This document shows positions 24,162 through 32,000 of a stretch of 32,000 nucleotides of DNA, one piece after another (within the stretch, counting starts at the first letter, position 1; every line of letters starts with the position of its first letter). A program made the translations under genes and the position numbers. A model generated the notes under the pieces. That model made no database searches. It saw nothing but the letters and a program-made list of their open reading frames with translations, and was not told where the DNA came from. Source of the stretch: Actinomycetota bacterium (lineage in GTDB: Bacteria; Actinomycetota; Actinomycetes; Actinomycetales; Micrococcaceae); NCBI GenBank assembly GCA_046730875.1, contig JBKPJW010000162.1:2680-34679 (forward strand), in the 5' to 3' direction.

Positions 24162-25220
24162 CTACCAGGTGCGCCGCGCACCGGTGAGAAGCTGAGTGCC
24201 GGGCCGGCGCCACTTGGGCTCCTGGTCCAGGGTGTGGGTGGTGATTCCACGCAGCGCCCTGATGGCCGAACCGTACGGGCGGATGGTGTTCGTTGAAAGC
24301 TTGCCGCCGGGAGGCTCATCCATAAAGGGCATGAACTTGTCCGGGAATCCCGGCATCGTGCAGCCGATGCAGATGCCGCCGACGTTCGGGCAGCCGCCGA
24401 TGCCGTTCATCCAGCCCCGTTTGGGCACGTTGCATTTGACCACGGGACCCCAGCATCCGAGTTTGACGATGCACTTGGGGGATCCGTACTCGGTGGCGAA
24501 GTCGCCCTGTTCGTAGTATCCGGCCCGGTCGCAGCCCTCATGGACGGTCTTGCCGAAGAGCCAGGTGGGCCGCAGCGCGTCGTCGAGCGGAATCATCGGG
24601 GCCTGGCCGGTGGCCTGGTAGAGCAGGTAGGTCATCGTCTCGGAGAGGTTGTCCGGCTGGATGGGGCACCCGGGGACGCAGACAATAGGGATCCCGGCCT
24701 TGGATTTCCAGTCATAGCCGAGGTAGTCCGGCACTCCCATGGCCCCGGTGGGGTTTCCTGCCATCGCGTGGATGCCGCCGTAGGTGGCGCAGGTCCCGGC
24801 GGCGATGATGGCGGTGGCCTTGGGGGCCAGGCGGTCCAGCCATTCGCTGGTGGTGATCGGCTGGCCGGTCTCCAGGTCGTTGCCGAACCCGCACCAGTAG
24901 CCGCCCGGGGCGTGCAGTTTTTCGTTAGGGATGGATCCCTCCACCACCAGGACAAACGGTTCAAGTTCGCCGCGGTCCGCCTTGCGGAACCACTCCAGGA
25001 AGTCATCGGCCCCTTCCTGCGGGCCGCACTCGAAGTCGATCAGCGGCCAATGCATGGCAATGCGCGGCAGGCCGGGCAGGGCGCCGAGGGCTATTTCCTC
25101 GACACTGGGCTGGGTGGCCGCGGTCAGGGCCACAGAATCGCCGTCGCAGCTGAGCCCTGCGTTGATCCACAGCACGTGAATGAGGGTTTCTTCGGCCTTC
25201 AGAGAAGTTTCAGTAGGCAT
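24162..25220 (-). CDS. hhyS: [NiFe]-hydrogenase small subunit, group 1h, no Tat signal peptide
   Basis: 352 aa, MPTETSLKAEETLIHVLWINAGLSCDGDSVA, with multiple Cys ligand motifs (CVPGCP, CIGCTMPGFPD). No RRxFxK signal. AAGAGG SD. Confidence 0.95.
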   Translation of the reverse strand: MPTETSLKAEETLIHVLWINAGLSCDGDSVALTAATQPSVEEIALGALPGLPRIAMHWPLIDFECGPQEGADDFLEWFRKADRGELEPFVLVVEGSIPNEKLHAPGGYWCGFGNDLETGQPITTSEWLDRLAPKATAIIAAGTCATYGGIHAMAGNPTGAMGVPDYLGYDWKSKAGIPIVCVPGCPIQPDNLSETMTYLLYQATGQAPMIPLDDALRPTWLFGKTVHEGCDRAGYYEQGDFATEYGSPKCIVKLGCWGPVVKCNVPKRGWMNGIGGCPNVGGICIGCTMPGFPDKFMPFMDEPPGGKLSTNTIRPYGSAIRALRGITTHTLDQEPKWRRPGTQLLTGARRTW

Positions 25221-25241
25221 CGTTGCCTCTTTCGGAGGCCC

Positions 25242-26132
25242 TTACGGGCTCAGTGTGTCCGTCAAAGATCCGGTCAACGTGGATGACCGGGAGTTGGCTT
25301 CCCCGAGCCAGTCGTACCAGCCGGCGAGGCCTTCACCGGTGGTGGCCGAAAGGACCAGGAAATCGGTGTGCGGGTTGATCTGCCGGGCTCTGCGCCGGAA
25401 CCCGTCGACGTCGAAATCAACGTAGGGGAGCAGGTCCGATTTGTTGATAATCACCAGATCGGCTGCGCTGAACATATGGGGGTATTTCTGCGGCTTGTCA
25501 TCACCTTCCGTCACGGAAACGACTACTACTTTGGCTGCTTCGCCCAGGTCGAACAGTGCCGGGCAGACCAGGTTGCCCACATTCTCGATGAACACCGTGG
25601 ACCCGGTTTGCGGATCCAAGGCGTCCAGGGCACGCCGGAGCATGTCCGCATCCAGGTGGCAGCCCGCTCCGGTGTTGATCTGGACAACGGGCCGGCCCAC
25701 CGCACGGATGCGGTCCGCGTCCAGGGACGTCTCCTGGTCACCCTCGACGACGCCGGCCCGCAGCCGTCCGCCCAGGTCCGCGAGAGTGCGGACCAGGAGG
25801 GTGGTTTTGCCTGCGCCGGGGGAACTCATCACGTTCAGCGCGCGGATTCCCCGGCCTTCCAGCCAGCCCCGGTTCCTCGCCGCGAGCAGCTCGTTTTTCG
25901 CGAGCAGGCTCTGCTCCAGCGGGATGGTTTCAGGCTGGTGGGCGTGGGCGTGGGCGTGCTCGTGGTCGTGGTCGTGGTCCGGACCGTGCTCGTGCGGGTG
26001 GTCGTGCTCGTGCTCCGAACCGTGGGCGTGGGGATGAACATGCAGGTGCCCTGGCAGCAGTGCGCCTGAAGGTTCCGCAACGGCCGAAACCCTGATGTTC
26101 GTCTCGTCCCCGCATCCGCACGTCATACACAT
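25242..26132 (-). CDS. hypB: hydrogenase nickel-incorporation GTPase HypB with a His-rich tract
   Basis: MCMTCGCG N-terminal CxxCGC motif, a His-rich stretch (HLHVHPHAHGSEHEHDHPHEHGPDHDHDHEHAHAHAH), and the SSPGAGKTT P-loop. The start at 26132 lies 2 nt after the hypA stop. Confidence 0.93.
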   Translation of the reverse strand: MCMTCGCGDETNIRVSAVAEPSGALLPGHLHVHPHAHGSEHEHDHPHEHGPDHDHDHEHAHAHAHQPETIPLEQSLLAKNELLAARNRGWLEGRGIRALNVMSSPGAGKTTLLVRTLADLGGRLRAGVVEGDQETSLDADRIRAVGRPVVQINTGAGCHLDADMLRRALDALDPQTGSTVFIENVGNLVCPALFDLGEAAKVVVVSVTEGDDKPQKYPHMFSAADLVIINKSDLLPYVDFDVDGFRRRARQINPHTDFLVLSATTGEGLAGWYDWLGEANSRSSTLTGSLTDTLSP

Positions 26133-26134
26133 TC

Positions 26135-26464
26135 TTAGGCCACCTCCACCGACATCAGCATGAGTTCGCGGCCGCTGAGGACTTCCACGTCCGCGCTTCC
26201 GCAGGGACACAGCAGGATCAGGTCAGTCAGCTCGAACTCGTCGAGGCAGTCCCGGCAGCGGGCCCGGCCCTGCGGTTCGTCAATCATCAGCCGGGCGCCT
26301 GCCAGAGGGGTGTCAGCGGAGGCAACGTCGAAGCAGAAGCGCATGGCATCCGGCAGGACACCGGACAGGGACCCAACCTTGAGATTGACCGCGGTGACTT
26401 TCCGTTCGCCGGTTCGGTCGAGAACGGCTTCGATAAGGCTCTGTGTGATAGAGAGTTCGTGCAT
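26135..26464 (-). CDS. hypA: hydrogenase nickel-insertion protein HypA
   Basis: 109 aa from the MHELSITQSL start (MHE nickel-binding N-terminus), with CRDC...CPCG zinc motifs. AGGAAGGGG SD lies upstream of the ATG at 26464. Confidence 0.9.
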   Translation of the reverse strand: MHELSITQSLIEAVLDRTGERKVTAVNLKVGSLSGVLPDAMRFCFDVASADTPLAGARLMIDEPQGRARCRDCLDEFELTDLILLCPCGSADVEVLSGRELMLMSVEVA

Positions 26465-26598
26465 GGCGCACCCCTTCCTGCCAAGATAGGCGCGGGCAGG
26501 ATAAAAAACAACCATCCGATATGCCGCGGGCGTATACTGCCGCCAAAGCGGCCAAGCCGACACGGCAATGGTCCGCGAGGGGAACCCGAGGCTGGACC
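26465..26598. promoter_or_regulatory. divergent control region between hypA (hydrogenase operon) and the NiCoT nickel permease
   Basis: 134-bp intergenic region containing an AT-rich core (ATAAAAAACAACCATCCGATATG), a TATACT -10-like hexamer (26533-26538) facing the permease, a TATCTT-like hexamer facing hypA, and the inverted repeat CCTGCC-N12-GGCAGG (26477-26500). Confidence 0.5.
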
Positions 26599-27732
26599 AT
26601 GAAACAACCGAAGGTTACGCGTCCGGGCCGGATCCGCGGCGCGCGCAGTGTCCTTTCTGGCCGGGAGTGGGCATCGGTCGGCGGAATGGTCCTGTTCGTT
26701 GCTTTCCTGCACATTCTGGGCTGGGGCGTGCTGGCAGGAGTGGCGGACCCGCAGAATGTCCCCGCCGGTTCAACCGGAGTGTTCGGCGTGGGCCTGGGCG
26801 TGGCTGCCTATACGCTGGGCCTGCGCCACGCTTTCGATGCCGACCACATTGCCGCAATCGATAACATCACCCGCAAATTCCGGGCCGAGGGCAAGCGCAG
26901 CATGTCCGTGGGTTTCTGGTTTTCGCTGGGCCATTCGAGCATCGTGTTCGGCTTATGCGCCCTCCTGGCGGCCGGCATTCGCGGCCTGACGGATCAGGCG
27001 GTGGACGGGGCCTCGGAGCTCCATTCCGTCCTGGGACTCGTGGGCACAATGGTCTCCGGCTTTTTTCTGGTGTGCATTGGCGTCCTGAACCTGGTGGTGC
27101 TGCGGGGCATCATTAAGTCAGTCCTGCGGATGCGGGAGAGTGAAGAAGCCGGCGCAGATCTGGCGGGGCAGGCCGCGACCCCGGGACTGATGTACCGGGT
27201 GTTCGGGCGGATCACCCGCTTTGTCACCCGTCCGTGGCACGTCTACGGCGTCGGATTGCTGTTCGGCCTGGGCTTTGACACGGCCACCGAGGTCAGCCTC
27301 CTGATTCTGGCAGGAGGTGCCGCGGCCTCCACGCTGCCCTGGTACGCGATCATGACGCTGCCGATCATCTTCGCTGCGGGGATGAGCCTGCTGGACTCGC
27401 TGGACGGCTGTCTCATGAACTTCGCCTACGGCTGGGCGCTGTCCCGGCCAGTCCGCCGGATCTATTACAACATCGTCATCACGGGACTTTCTGTGGCCGT
27501 CGCGCTGGGCATCGGCTCCATTGAGCTGATCTCTATCCTCGTGGAACGGGCCGGGATCAGCGCCGGTCCGCTGTACGCCATCGGCGGCATCGACCTGGAT
27601 TCGGTGGGGTACACGGTGGTTGCGCTTTTCCTGGGTACATGGGTGCTGGCACTTGGAGTGTGGCGGTTCGGCCACATAGAGGAACGGTGGTCCGCTCCGG
27701 TCAGGAACCCGGACGCGGGCGAGGACCGCTGA
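26599..27732 (+). CDS. hoxN: NiCoT family nickel/cobalt permease (HoxN/NixA type)
   Basis: LRHAFDADHIAAIDN signature (HX4DH) and LFGLGFDTATEV, in a polytopic protein. The start is set at MKQPKVTRPG (ATG 26599). Confidence 0.9.
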   Translation: MKQPKVTRPGRIRGARSVLSGREWASVGGMVLFVAFLHILGWGVLAGVADPQNVPAGSTGVFGVGLGVAAYTLGLRHAFDADHIAAIDNITRKFRAEGKRSMSVGFWFSLGHSSIVFGLCALLAAGIRGLTDQAVDGASELHSVLGLVGTMVSGFFLVCIGVLNLVVLRGIIKSVLRMRESEEAGADLAGQAATPGLMYRVFGRITRFVTRPWHVYGVGLLFGLGFDTATEVSLLILAGGAAASTLPWYAIMTLPIIFAAGMSLLDSLDGCLMNFAYGWALSRPVRRIYYNIVITGLSVAVALGIGSIELISILVERAGISAGPLYAIGGIDLDSVGYTVVALFLGTWVLALGVWRFGHIEERWSAPVRNPDAGEDR

Positions 27733-27773
27733 CCCGGCAGCCGGCGGCATCCGATGCATCTAGGCTTGAGCCT

Positions 27774-28079
27774 ATGCCGTCGTTCCAAACCAGACTGAAG
27801 ATCACCGGGCTTAAGCCGGGCACCGCTCCGGAAGCGGTCATGGCTGCGGCCATCGAGGCGCTCGGCACGCGGCACCACGTTGAATCGCACCAGCTGGAGC
27901 TGGCCGGCGGCGTACCGCAGTTGAATTTGCGCTTCCTGGTCGATGCCACCGCGTACAGCGCCGAGAACAGCCAGGCGCGCGAATCGGCAGCCATGATGCG
28001 CGACGCCGTCGAACGTGTTGCGCTCACCGGAACGCTGACGGTGCTGCGCCGCAGCCGCGGCCGCTGGGCGCCTGTCTAA
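27774..28079 (+). CDS. hypothetical protein (101 aa)
   Basis: MPSFQTRLKITGLKPGTAPEAVMAAAIEALGTRHHVESHQLELAGGVPQLNLRFLVDATAYS... has a coding-like G/C third-position bias and lies 41 nt downstream of the nickel permease on the same strand. The SD is weak and I recognise no family. Confidence 0.55.
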   Translation: MPSFQTRLKITGLKPGTAPEAVMAAAIEALGTRHHVESHQLELAGGVPQLNLRFLVDATAYSAENSQARESAAMMRDAVERVALTGTLTVLRRSRGRWAPV

Positions 28080-28723
28080 AAGTCCAGTTCCTCGTCCGGG
28101 TCGCGGGATTCCACGGGGGAGCGGCTGCCCCGCCGCCGCGTCACGATCAGGCCCACGACGGCGCCGATCGCCAGCCCGACGCCGACGCCGATCAGGGAAC
28201 TGGCCCAGAACGGAAGCCCGGTGGCGGACCCGGTGAAATAGCCCAGTGCCACCGACCAACCTGCCCACAGCAAGCCTCCGAGGGCCGCGCAGAGGCTGAA
28301 CCCGCGGGTCGAGACGTTGGCGATGCCCGCCGCAGCCGTCGTCGCCAGGCGCCCGCCGGGGATGAACCGGATGCCGATGATTGCGCCGTAGGTGGAGGAC
28401 CGGCCGGCCTTCGCGATGGCCGCGTGGACTCCCGCGTGGAACCGGTGGCCCCACTTCCAGCGGTCGAGGACGTGGCTCAGCCGGCGTTTGAAAAGCTGGA
28501 AGACGAGGATGTCGCCACACCAGGAGGCCAATGCGGCGAGGAGCACCACAACGAGGGCGTTGATGTGGCCCTCGGCTGAGAGCGCGCCGCCGGTGATAAC
28601 GATCATTTCCGAGGGGAGAGGCGGGAAAAGGGCATCGCCCATCACTAACGGGAAGATCCAGAAATAGATCGCGGTACCCCAGCTGGCCGCATTCCCGAAG
28701 TCCATGGGCACAAGGTACCGCAC
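28076..28723 (-). CDS. DedA/VTT-domain family membrane protein
   Basis: MGDALFPPLPSEMIVITGGALSAEG...WCGDILVFQLFKRRL is typical of DedA. The start is ambiguous (GTG 28723 or ATG 28705). The gene lies 9 nt downstream of rluA-like. Confidence 0.85.
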   Translation of the reverse strand: MRYLVPMDFGNAASWGTAIYFWIFPLVMGDALFPPLPSEMIVITGGALSAEGHINALVVVLLAALASWCGDILVFQLFKRRLSHVLDRWKWGHRFHAGVHAAIAKAGRSSTYGAIIGIRFIPGGRLATTAAAGIANVSTRGFSLCAALGGLLWAGWSVALGYFTGSATGLPFWASSLIGVGVGLAIGAVVGLIVTRRRGSRSPVESRDPDEELDF

Positions 28724-28732
28724 TTCCGGCAG

Positions 28733-29677
28733 CTAGCGCGCTTCGCTCAGTTCCAGTCCGCTGCGGTATTCCACCGGGCGCCCCGAGATGGGATCGACGA
28801 AGCGGATCCCGCGGGCCAGCAGCTGCAGCGGATTGGCGTAATTGTCCGGCGCCTTATCCAGCAGCTCCGGGTAGAACGCGTCGTTGACGATTCCCAGACC
28901 CAGTGAGGCCATGTGGACGCGGAGCTGGTGCGTCTTCCCCGAGTGCGGCTCGAGCCGGTACAGCGCTCGGCGACGGGGGCCGCCGTCGGGCCCGCCGGCC
29001 TCAAATGTCCGCAACCATTCGATCCGGGTTTCCGCATTGGGTTCGCCGTCAATCACCTCGGCGAGCAGGTAGCTGCGCGACTTGGTCATCCGGTTCCGCA
29101 CCACCAACGGGAAGTCCACCGGGGGGTGGCCCGGGGCTGGCTCCGCGGCGGACACGCACTCGTATTCCTTCTGGACCTGGCGCTTTTCGAAGAGCACCTG
29201 ATACTTGCCCCGGGTCTCCGGGTTCGTGGAGAGCAGCAGGATGCCGGCCGTCATGCGGTCGAGGCGGTGCATTGGAATCAGGTCCGGGAGGCCCAGCTGG
29301 TTCCGGAGCCGGACCAGAGCCGATTCCTGGATGTACGTCCCGCCGGGCGTGGTGGGCAGGAAGTGCGGCTTGTCCACGACCAGCAGGTGATCGTCCTGGT
29401 GCAGGATGTTTAGCTCCACGGGTATCCGGGTCTCCGGCGGCAGGGTGCGGTAGTACCAGATAAACGTATGGTTCTGCAGCGGGGTTGCGCGGTCCAGGGC
29501 TACGCCGGCCTCGCCGACGATCTCGCCGGCGTCGAACCGGTCCTCGATGCCCTGCGGATCGATGTGCCCCCAGCGGTGCATCATGTAGTCCAATGCGGTC
29601 TCCCACGGACCGTCGTCCGGCAGGCGCAGGCGCGTGGCGTTCACGCCGTCGCGCACAGGGAGGGGGGATTGCATCAC
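28733..29677 (-). CDS. RluA family pseudouridine synthase
   Basis: HRLDRMTAGILLLS catalytic-Asp motif, YECVSAA, and the HSGKTHQLRVHMASLGLGIVND motif. Confidence 0.9.
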   Translation of the reverse strand: MMQSPLPVRDGVNATRLRLPDDGPWETALDYMMHRWGHIDPQGIEDRFDAGEIVGEAGVALDRATPLQNHTFIWYYRTLPPETRIPVELNILHQDDHLLVVDKPHFLPTTPGGTYIQESALVRLRNQLGLPDLIPMHRLDRMTAGILLLSTNPETRGKYQVLFEKRQVQKEYECVSAAEPAPGHPPVDFPLVVRNRMTKSRSYLLAEVIDGEPNAETRIEWLRTFEAGGPDGGPRRRALYRLEPHSGKTHQLRVHMASLGLGIVNDAFYPELLDKAPDNYANPLQLLARGIRFVDPISGRPVEYRSGLELSEAR

Positions 29678-29925
29678 CGGACCATTCTACGTGGCGGGCT
29701 GTGCCGCCGGTCGCCCGGACGGGTCCGCTCGGCCGGTGGTCCCGCCGCCCGCCGCCGCGCTCGTTAACCCTCGCCGGCCGCCCGCTGGTCCCTTCCCTCG
29801 CCGCTCGCCGCGCTCGTTCGCCCTCGCCCCTGCGCTTCAGTTCGCCGGACGCGTGCGGGGTCGCCGGAAAGGTCCCGCGAACCCGCACGTTTCCGGCGAG
29901 CTGGGACGACTGCGCCGACCAACCG

Positions 29926-29973
29926 CCGACGAATAAAAATTTCTTGACAAATAAAATCGTCGGCAGGCACACT
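29926..29973 (+). promoter_or_regulatory. AT-rich promoter/operator island upstream of the ArsR-family gene
   Basis: TTGACA at 29944-29949 with CACACT (TANNNT-like) 18 nt downstream. Inverted repeat CCGACGA (29926-29932) / TCGTCGG (29957-29963) flanks the AT-rich core. Confidence 0.4.
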
Positions 29974-29979
29974 GGAGGC

Positions 29980-30678
29980 ATGTTGGATATCGAAGTGATC
30001 GAGGACCCGGCCGCAGCGGAGGCTTCGCTGGATCCGATCCGGACGCGGATCCTGCGCGAGCTCGCCGAGCCCGGATCCGCGACACAGCTGGCCGCGAAGG
30101 TGGGCCTGCCGCGGCAGAAGGTGAACTACCACCTCAAGGCCCTCGAACGCCATGGACTCGTCGAACTGGTCGAGGAACGGCGGCGCGGCAACGTCACCGA
30201 ACGCATCCTGCAGGCGACGGCGAGGTCGTACCTGATTTCGCCGGCGGCGCTGGCCTCCGTGGCCCCGGACCCGCGCCGGTTCGCGGACCGGTTCTCTGCC
30301 TTCTGGCTGCTGGCGCTCGCCGCCCGCATGGTCCAGGAAATGGGACAGCTGATTGCCGGAGCCGCCGCGGCCAGGCAGAAACTCGCCACGTTCGCCATCG
30401 ACGGCGAAATCACCTTCCGGTCGGCGGCGGACCGGGCGGCGTTCGCCGAGGAGCTCGGAGTCGCCGTGACCCGGCTCGTGGACAAGTACCACAGCGGCGG
30501 TCCGGACCTCGCGGCAGGTTCCGGTGCCGGCTCCCCGCCAGCAGGACGCAAACACCGACTCGTCGTCGCGCTTCACCCGTCGCTCAAGTCCCCGGCGACC
30601 AAGGCGCAGCCCGCCACCCCGCACGCAGCAAACCCCCACGCAGCAACCCCACACGCTAAGGAGCAGGACAATGACTGA
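29980..30678 (+). CDS. ArsR family winged-helix transcriptional regulator
   Basis: MLDIEVIEDPAAAEASLDPIRTRILRELAEPGSATQLAAKVGLPRQKVNYHLKALERHGLVELV. GGAGG SD at 29974-29978. The track ORF start at 29485 is too far upstream. Confidence 0.85.
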   Translation: MLDIEVIEDPAAAEASLDPIRTRILRELAEPGSATQLAAKVGLPRQKVNYHLKALERHGLVELVEERRRGNVTERILQATARSYLISPAALASVAPDPRRFADRFSAFWLLALAARMVQEMGQLIAGAAAARQKLATFAIDGEITFRSAADRAAFAEELGVAVTRLVDKYHSGGPDLAAGSGAGSPPAGRKHRLVVALHPSLKSPATKAQPATPHAANPHAATPHAKEQDND

Positions 30679-31363
30679 CAAGCGGAAATTCGAAATCGTC
30701 TACGACACCGAACTGCCCGGCACCCCGGAACGGGCGTGGGAGGCCGTCACCAAGGACACTCCGGCCTGGATGTTCCCCACGGACCAATGGCCGGCCGTCC
30801 GGACCGTGGATGAGTACCCCTCCCGCCTCGTATCCCGGATGGACGGTCCGGACGGCTGGTTCAACCAGCTCGAGCACGTCCTGGAACCGCTGGACGGCGG
30901 CCGGGCCCGGCTGCACTACGTGCACAGCGGCATCTTCGCGGACAACTGGGATGAACAGTACGACGGTGCCAGCAAGCACACTGCGTTCTACCTCCACACC
31001 CTGGGCCAGTACCTGCAGTACTTCGACGGCAAACCCGTGGTCTTTACGGATATCCAGGCGCCGGCCGCCTCGCAGACCCCGGACGGCTTCGACCGGCTCA
31101 AGAAGGCCCTTGGAGTTGCCGACTCGGGCCAGGGGGAGACGGTGGACCTGGAGCTCGACGGCGTCGGGCAGCTCACCGGTGAAGTGGACTTCTCGAACGA
31201 GAACTTCCTCGGGCTGCGGACGTCGGACACGATGTACCGGTTCTTCGGGCGCAACGCCTTCGGGGCGCCGGTGGGCATGACCGTTCACGACTTCAGCGGC
31301 CGCGGGGATTCCGACGCTACGGCCAAGGCCTGGACCGGGTTCCTCGCGAAGGTCTACGCCTAG
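30671..31363 (+). CDS. SRPBCC (AHSA1/START-like) domain protein
   Basis: MTDKRKFEIVYDTELPGTPERAWEAVTKD... shows the typical pairing with an ArsR regulator, overlapping the ArsR stop by 8 nt. AAGGAG SD. Confidence 0.78.
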   Translation: MTDKRKFEIVYDTELPGTPERAWEAVTKDTPAWMFPTDQWPAVRTVDEYPSRLVSRMDGPDGWFNQLEHVLEPLDGGRARLHYVHSGIFADNWDEQYDGASKHTAFYLHTLGQYLQYFDGKPVVFTDIQAPAASQTPDGFDRLKKALGVADSGQGETVDLELDGVGQLTGEVDFSNENFLGLRTSDTMYRFFGRNAFGAPVGMTVHDFSGRGDSDATAKAWTGFLAKVYA

Positions 31364-31392
31364 GCTCACGACGCGCCTCCTATCTGGCGCTA

Positions 31393-31442
31393 CGCAAATG
31401 CCCTGGCGACACCCGAATTCGGGCGTCGACAGGGCATTTGCG
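31393..31442. terminator. long hairpin between convergent genes (bidirectional terminator candidate)
   Basis: CGCAAATGCCCTG (31393-31405) pairs with CAGGGCATTTGCG (31430-31442). The inner stem CGAC-A-CCCGAATTCGGG-C-GTCG has one mismatch. Confidence 0.6.
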
Positions 31443-31511
31443 CGTCGCAGGCAAGGAAGCACAGCGCAGGAAAGAAAGCGCAGCGCAGGACGGGCCCGCG
31501 GGAGCCTTGGC

Positions 31512-32000
31512 TCAGGCGATGGCAGCGACGGGCGGGGCCGGCAGGTTGCGCCGCAGCTGTGGCGCCGACTCCAGTTGGTCCTGGGCGGAGCGCAGCGCCA
31601 GCACCGCGGTCTCGAGCTGAGCCGGAGCCAGGGTGAACGGCACACGGAGATAGTGTTCGAAAGCCCCACCAACACCAAACCTGGGGCCGGCCGCGAGACG
31701 GATGCCGAAGTCCGGGGCGATCACCGTCAGCGCCGTACTGAGCGGAGCGGGCAGCCGGCACCAGATCGACAGCCCGCCGCCGGGCCGCTCCGCCTGCCAG
31801 GTGGGCAGGTTCTGCGTGATGAGCCCCAGCAAGGTGTCCCGGTTGGTGCGGAGCGAGGCGAGCCGTTCGGGGAGCGGTCCCGTGAGGTCATTGACCAGAT
31901 GGGCCGCCGCGAGCTGCTCCACCACGGGCCCGCCCAGGTCCATGGTGGTCCGGGCGGCGGCGAAGCGCTGGATGAGCGGCTCGCCGGCCCGGATCCACCC
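31512..32000 (-). CDS. PLP-dependent aminotransferase-fold protein (MocR/GntR-type regulator or aminotransferase), C-terminal part; gene continues beyond the window
   Basis: The frame stays open upstream of the track Met (…GWIRAGEPLIQRFAAARTTMDLGGPVVEQLAAAHLV…) to position 32000. The C-terminal GGLSIWCRLPAP...GPRFGVGGAFEHYLRVPF is typical of the MocR/aminotransferase class I-II C-terminal domain. Confidence 0.7.
   Translation of the reverse strand, partial: GWIRAGEPLIQRFAAARTTMDLGGPVVEQLAAAHLVNDLTGPLPERLASLRTNRDTLLGLITQNLPTWQAERPGGGLSIWCRLPAPLSTALTVIAPDFGIRLAAGPRFGVGGAFEHYLRVPFTLAPAQLETAVLALRSAQDQLESAPQLRRNLPAPPVAAIA

Noticed and set aside
29049-29981. 310-aa minus-strand ORF, plus the 397-aa plus-strand ORF starting at 29485
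   Set aside because: These are out-of-frame overlaps of the RluA gene and of the GC-rich intergenic region. The credible ArsR protein begins at 29980 with its own SD, and the extra N-terminal sequence is Arg/Pro-rich.

Overview
This is a high-GC actinobacterial chromosome segment. Gene content and protein sequences look Micrococcaceae/Arthrobacter-like, but that is inference only. I see about 35 protein-coding genes and no rRNA, tRNA, CRISPR array, transposase or integrase. Left third (1-8 kb): an SDR plus acyl-CoA dehydrogenase pair, a DUF1684-like protein, PEP carboxylase, and a divergent TetR / NAD(P)-oxidoreductase pair bracketed by two copies of a ~68-nt palindromic element. Middle (8-16 kb): an internally duplicated lipoprotein, then a ClC chloride-channel homologue fused to an extra 6-TM repeat domain. 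The ClC gene is co-oriented with glutamate decarboxylase (an acid-resistance-type module with a possible coupled uORF), and a FecCD/BtuCD-type ABC importer follows. Centre-right (17.2-27.7 kb) holds the main system, a ~9 kb minus-strand operon for a group 1h (Hhy-type, cytosolic, high-affinity) [NiFe]-hydrogenase. Its order is hypA-hypB-hhyS-hhyL-(NifU/Cys4 Rieske-like protein)-three conserved unknowns-a 39-aa membrane micropeptide missed by the ORF track-endopeptidase-hypC. Start/stop overlaps link most of these genes, a NiCoT nickel permease is divergent from hypA, and hypD/E/F are absent from the window. Right end: DedA, an RluA pseudouridine synthase, an ArsR-SRPBCC pair and a partial MocR/aminotransferase-like gene. 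Most long ORFs on the strand opposite these genes are high-GC antisense artefacts. All family calls rest on motif recognition by eye; no database search was possible.
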